Part shown: piece by piece, positions 61,236 to 64,000 of the stretch | Position numbering within the stretch: position 1 is the stretch's first letter | Layout: every line of letters begins with the position of its first letter | DNA from: the human T2T-CHM13v2.0 reference genome, Homo sapiens | Length of the DNA stretch: 64,000 nucleotides | Reading direction: 5' to 3' (one strand) | Assembly (NCBI RefSeq): GCF_009914755.1 | Contig: NC_060927.1 | Made by a program: the position numbers and the translations under genes | Notes under the pieces: generated by a model | Databases searched by the model: none | The model's input: only the letters and a program-made list of their open reading frames with translations | What the model was told of the DNA's origin: nothing

Positions 61236-63649
61236 ATTTTTCCTTAGGTTATTGGGGTACAGATGGTGTTTGGTTACATTAGTAAGTGCTTTAGTGGTGA
61301 TTTGTGAGATTTTGGTACACCCATCACCCAAGCAGTATACACTGCACCCTCTTTGTAATCATTTATCCCTTGCACCTCTCCCATCCTTCCCCCTGAGTCC
61401 CCAGAGTTCATTGTGTCATTCTTATGCCTTTGTGCCCTCCCACATATCAGTGAGAACATTCGATGTTTGGTTTTCCATTCCTGAGCTCCTTCACTTAGAA
61501 TAATAGTCTCCAGTCTCATCCAGGTCACTGTGAATGCTGTTAATTCATTCCTTTTTATGGCTGAGTAGTATTCCATCATATATTTATACCAGTTTCTTTA
61601 TCTACTCGTTGATTGATGGGCGTTTGGGTAGGTTTCATGATTTTGCAATTGCAAATTGTGCTGCTATAAACATCCGTGTGCAAGTATCTTTTTCTTACAA
61701 TGACTTCTTTTCCTCTGGGTAGATACCCAGTAGTGGGATTGCTGGATCAAATGGTAGTTCTATTTTTAGTTCTTTAAGGAATCTTCATACTGTTTTCCAT
61801 AGTGGTTGTACTAGTTTACATTCCCACCAACAGTGTAGAAGTGTTCCCTGATCACTGCATCCATGCCAACATCTACTGTTTTTTTATTTTTTTTTTATTA
61901 TGGCCATTCTTGCAGGAGTAAGGTGGTATCACATCGTGGTTTTGATTTTCATTTCCCTGATCATTAGTGATGTTGAACATTTTTTCATATATTTCTTGGC
62001 CATTTGTATATCTTTGAGAATTGTCTATTCATTTTCTTAGCCTACTTTTTGATGGGATTTTTTTTCTTCTGATTTGTTGGTGTTCCTTGTAGATTCTGGA
62101 TATTAGTCCTTTGTAAGACGTATAGATTGTGAAGATCTTCTCCCACTCTGTGGGTTTCCTGATTACTCTGCTGACTGTTCCTTTCGCCATGCAAAAGCTC
62201 TTTAGTTTAATTAGGTCTCAGCTATTTATCTTTGTCTTATTGCATTTGTTTTTGGATTCTTTGTCATGAAATCCTTGCCTAAGCCAATGTCTAGAAAGGT
62301 TTTCCAGTGTTATCTTCTAGAATAGAATTTTTATAGTTTTAGGTCTTAGATTTGAGTCCATAATCCATCTTGAGTTGATTTTTGTATAAGGTGAGAGATG
62401 AGGATTCAGTTTCATTCTCTTACATGTGGCTAGCCAATTATCCCAGCACCATTTTTTGAAAAGGGTGTTCTTTCCCCACTTTATGTTTTTGTTTGCTTTG
62501 CTGAAGATCAGTTGGCTGTAAGTATTTGGGTTTCTCAGTTCTTTATTCTATTCCACTGGTCTATGTGCCTATTTTTATACAAGTACCATGCTGTTTTGGT
62601 GACTATGGCTTTATAGTATAGTTTGAAATCAGATAATGTGAGGCCTCCACATTTGTTATTTTTGCTTAGTCTTGCTTTGACTATGTGGGCTCCTTTTTGG
62701 TTCCATGTGAATTTTAGAATTATTTTTTCTAATTCTGTGAAGAATGATCGTGGTATTTTGATGAGAATTGCACTGAATTTGTAGATTGCTTTTGGCAGTA
62801 TGGTAATTTTCACAATACTGATTCTACCCATCCATGAGCACAGGATGTGTTTCCATTTGTTTGTGTCATCTGATTTCTTTCAGCAGGGTTTTGTAGTTTT
62901 ACTTGTAGAGGTCTTTTACCTCCTTGGTTAAGTATATTCCTAAGTATTTTACTTTTTTTGCAGCTATTATTTGCAGAATTCTTGATTTGATTCTCCACTT
63001 GGTCACTGTTGGTGTAGAGAAGAGCTACTGATTTGTGTACATTAATTTTGTATCTAGAAATGTCGCTGAATTATTTTACCAGTTCTAGGGGCTTTCTGGA
63101 GGAGTTTTTAGGGTTTTCAAGGTAAATGATCATATCATCAGCAAACAGTGACAGTTTGACTTCCTCTTTACTAACTTGGATGCACTTCATTTCTTTCTCT
63201 TGTCTGATGGCTTTAGCTAGCACTTCCAGTACTATGTTGAATAACAGTGGTAAAAGTAGGTATCATTTTCATGTTCCAGATCTTAGAGGAAAGGCTTTTA
63301 GTTTTTCCCAATTCAGTATGATACTAGCTATGAGTCCATCATATATGGTTTTTGTTGTGTTGAGGTATGTTTTTTCTATGCCCAGTTTGATAGTTTTTAT
63401 CATGAAGGGATGTTGAATTTTATCAAATGCATTTTCAGCACCAATTGAAATGATCATGTGGTTTTTGTCCTACATTCTGTTGATATGATGTATCACACTG
63501 ATTGATTTGTGTATTTTGAACCACACTTGCATCCCTGGATAAATCCCACTTGGCCATGATGAATTTTTTTTAATGTGTTGTTGAATTTGGTTTGTGTGTA
63601 TTTTGTTGAGGATTTTTGCATCAATGTTCATCAGGGATATTGGCCTGTA
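61236..63649 (-). mobile_element. L1PB1-like 3' portion (~61236-63200) fused in register to L1MA-type ORF2 (~63200-63649)
   Basis: ggttattggggtacagatggtg...cccacatatcagtgagaaca is the L1PB1 3'UTR; after ~63200 the sequence is ataacagtgg...ggaaaggc...atgatactagct (L1MA type). Confidence 0.85.
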
Positions 63650-64000
63650 TTAAAGTAAATCTAAATACATTAATTTAAAAACTCTTACAATGTAACAAAA
63701 AGAGAAATAATTCAACTTTTAAAATAGACAAATGACTGGGACAGATACTTTAACAAAGAAGATACACAAATGGCTAATAAACACTTTAAAAGATTCTCAG
63801 CATCATTTAGGAAATGTGATCAGGGAAATGTGATTTAAAATCACAATGAGATGCCACTACACACCCACTAGAATGGCTAAAATTAAAAAGACTGAAAATG
63901 TCAAGTGTTTGTAAGAATGTGGAGCAACTGGAATGCTAATTCACCACTAGTAAGATAGTGAAATTTCACAGACATTTTGGAGAGCAATTTAGCAGTTTCT
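63648..64000 (+). mobile_element. Old L1M 3' ORF2 region (runs off the window)
   Basis: caaagaagatacacaaatggctaataa, cacaatgagatgccactacacacccactagaatggctaaaattaaaaagactga. Confidence 0.8.

Noticed and set aside
61153-63724. An ~80-bp target-site duplication around the minus-strand L1PB
   Set aside because: Far longer and more diverged than a typical L1 TSD, and the insert is chimeric; better explained by an older duplication

Overview
Primate genomic DNA, almost certainly human (it carries an AluYa5 and an L1PA2-type element). It is AT-rich and intergenic or intronic, and well over half of it is recognisable transposon sequence. I recognise no host protein-coding exon, RNA gene or CRISPR array, and the long ORFs in the track are L1, Tigger1 or Alu remnants. 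Main contents: two full-length, same-orientation, disabled LINE-1s with clean target-site duplications (3836-9944, L1PA4-like, retaining the ~129-bp ZNF93-binding 5'UTR segment; 43331-49360, L1PA2/L1PA3-6030-like, lacking it and keeping an open, extended antisense ORF0). There is also a three-level nest (MaLR LTR > L1PB > L1PA2), a full-length Tigger1, a young AluYa5, four older Alus, several MaLR solo LTRs, MIR/L2/L3/hAT fossils, and a rearranged L1 patchwork at 50.7-64 kb. Most interesting beyond annotation: a recurring class of fold-back and templated-insertion repair scars (twin hairpins sharing a loop, a nested palindrome cluster, a 27-bp filler copied from 404 bp away), apparent gene conversion between the two full-length L1s, evidence of an ancient local duplication with an L1PB/L1MA chimera, and candidate non-coding exons downstream of the L1 antisense promoter. 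Subfamily names come from remembered consensus sequences, and old-repeat boundaries are approximate. I found no convincing new biological system.
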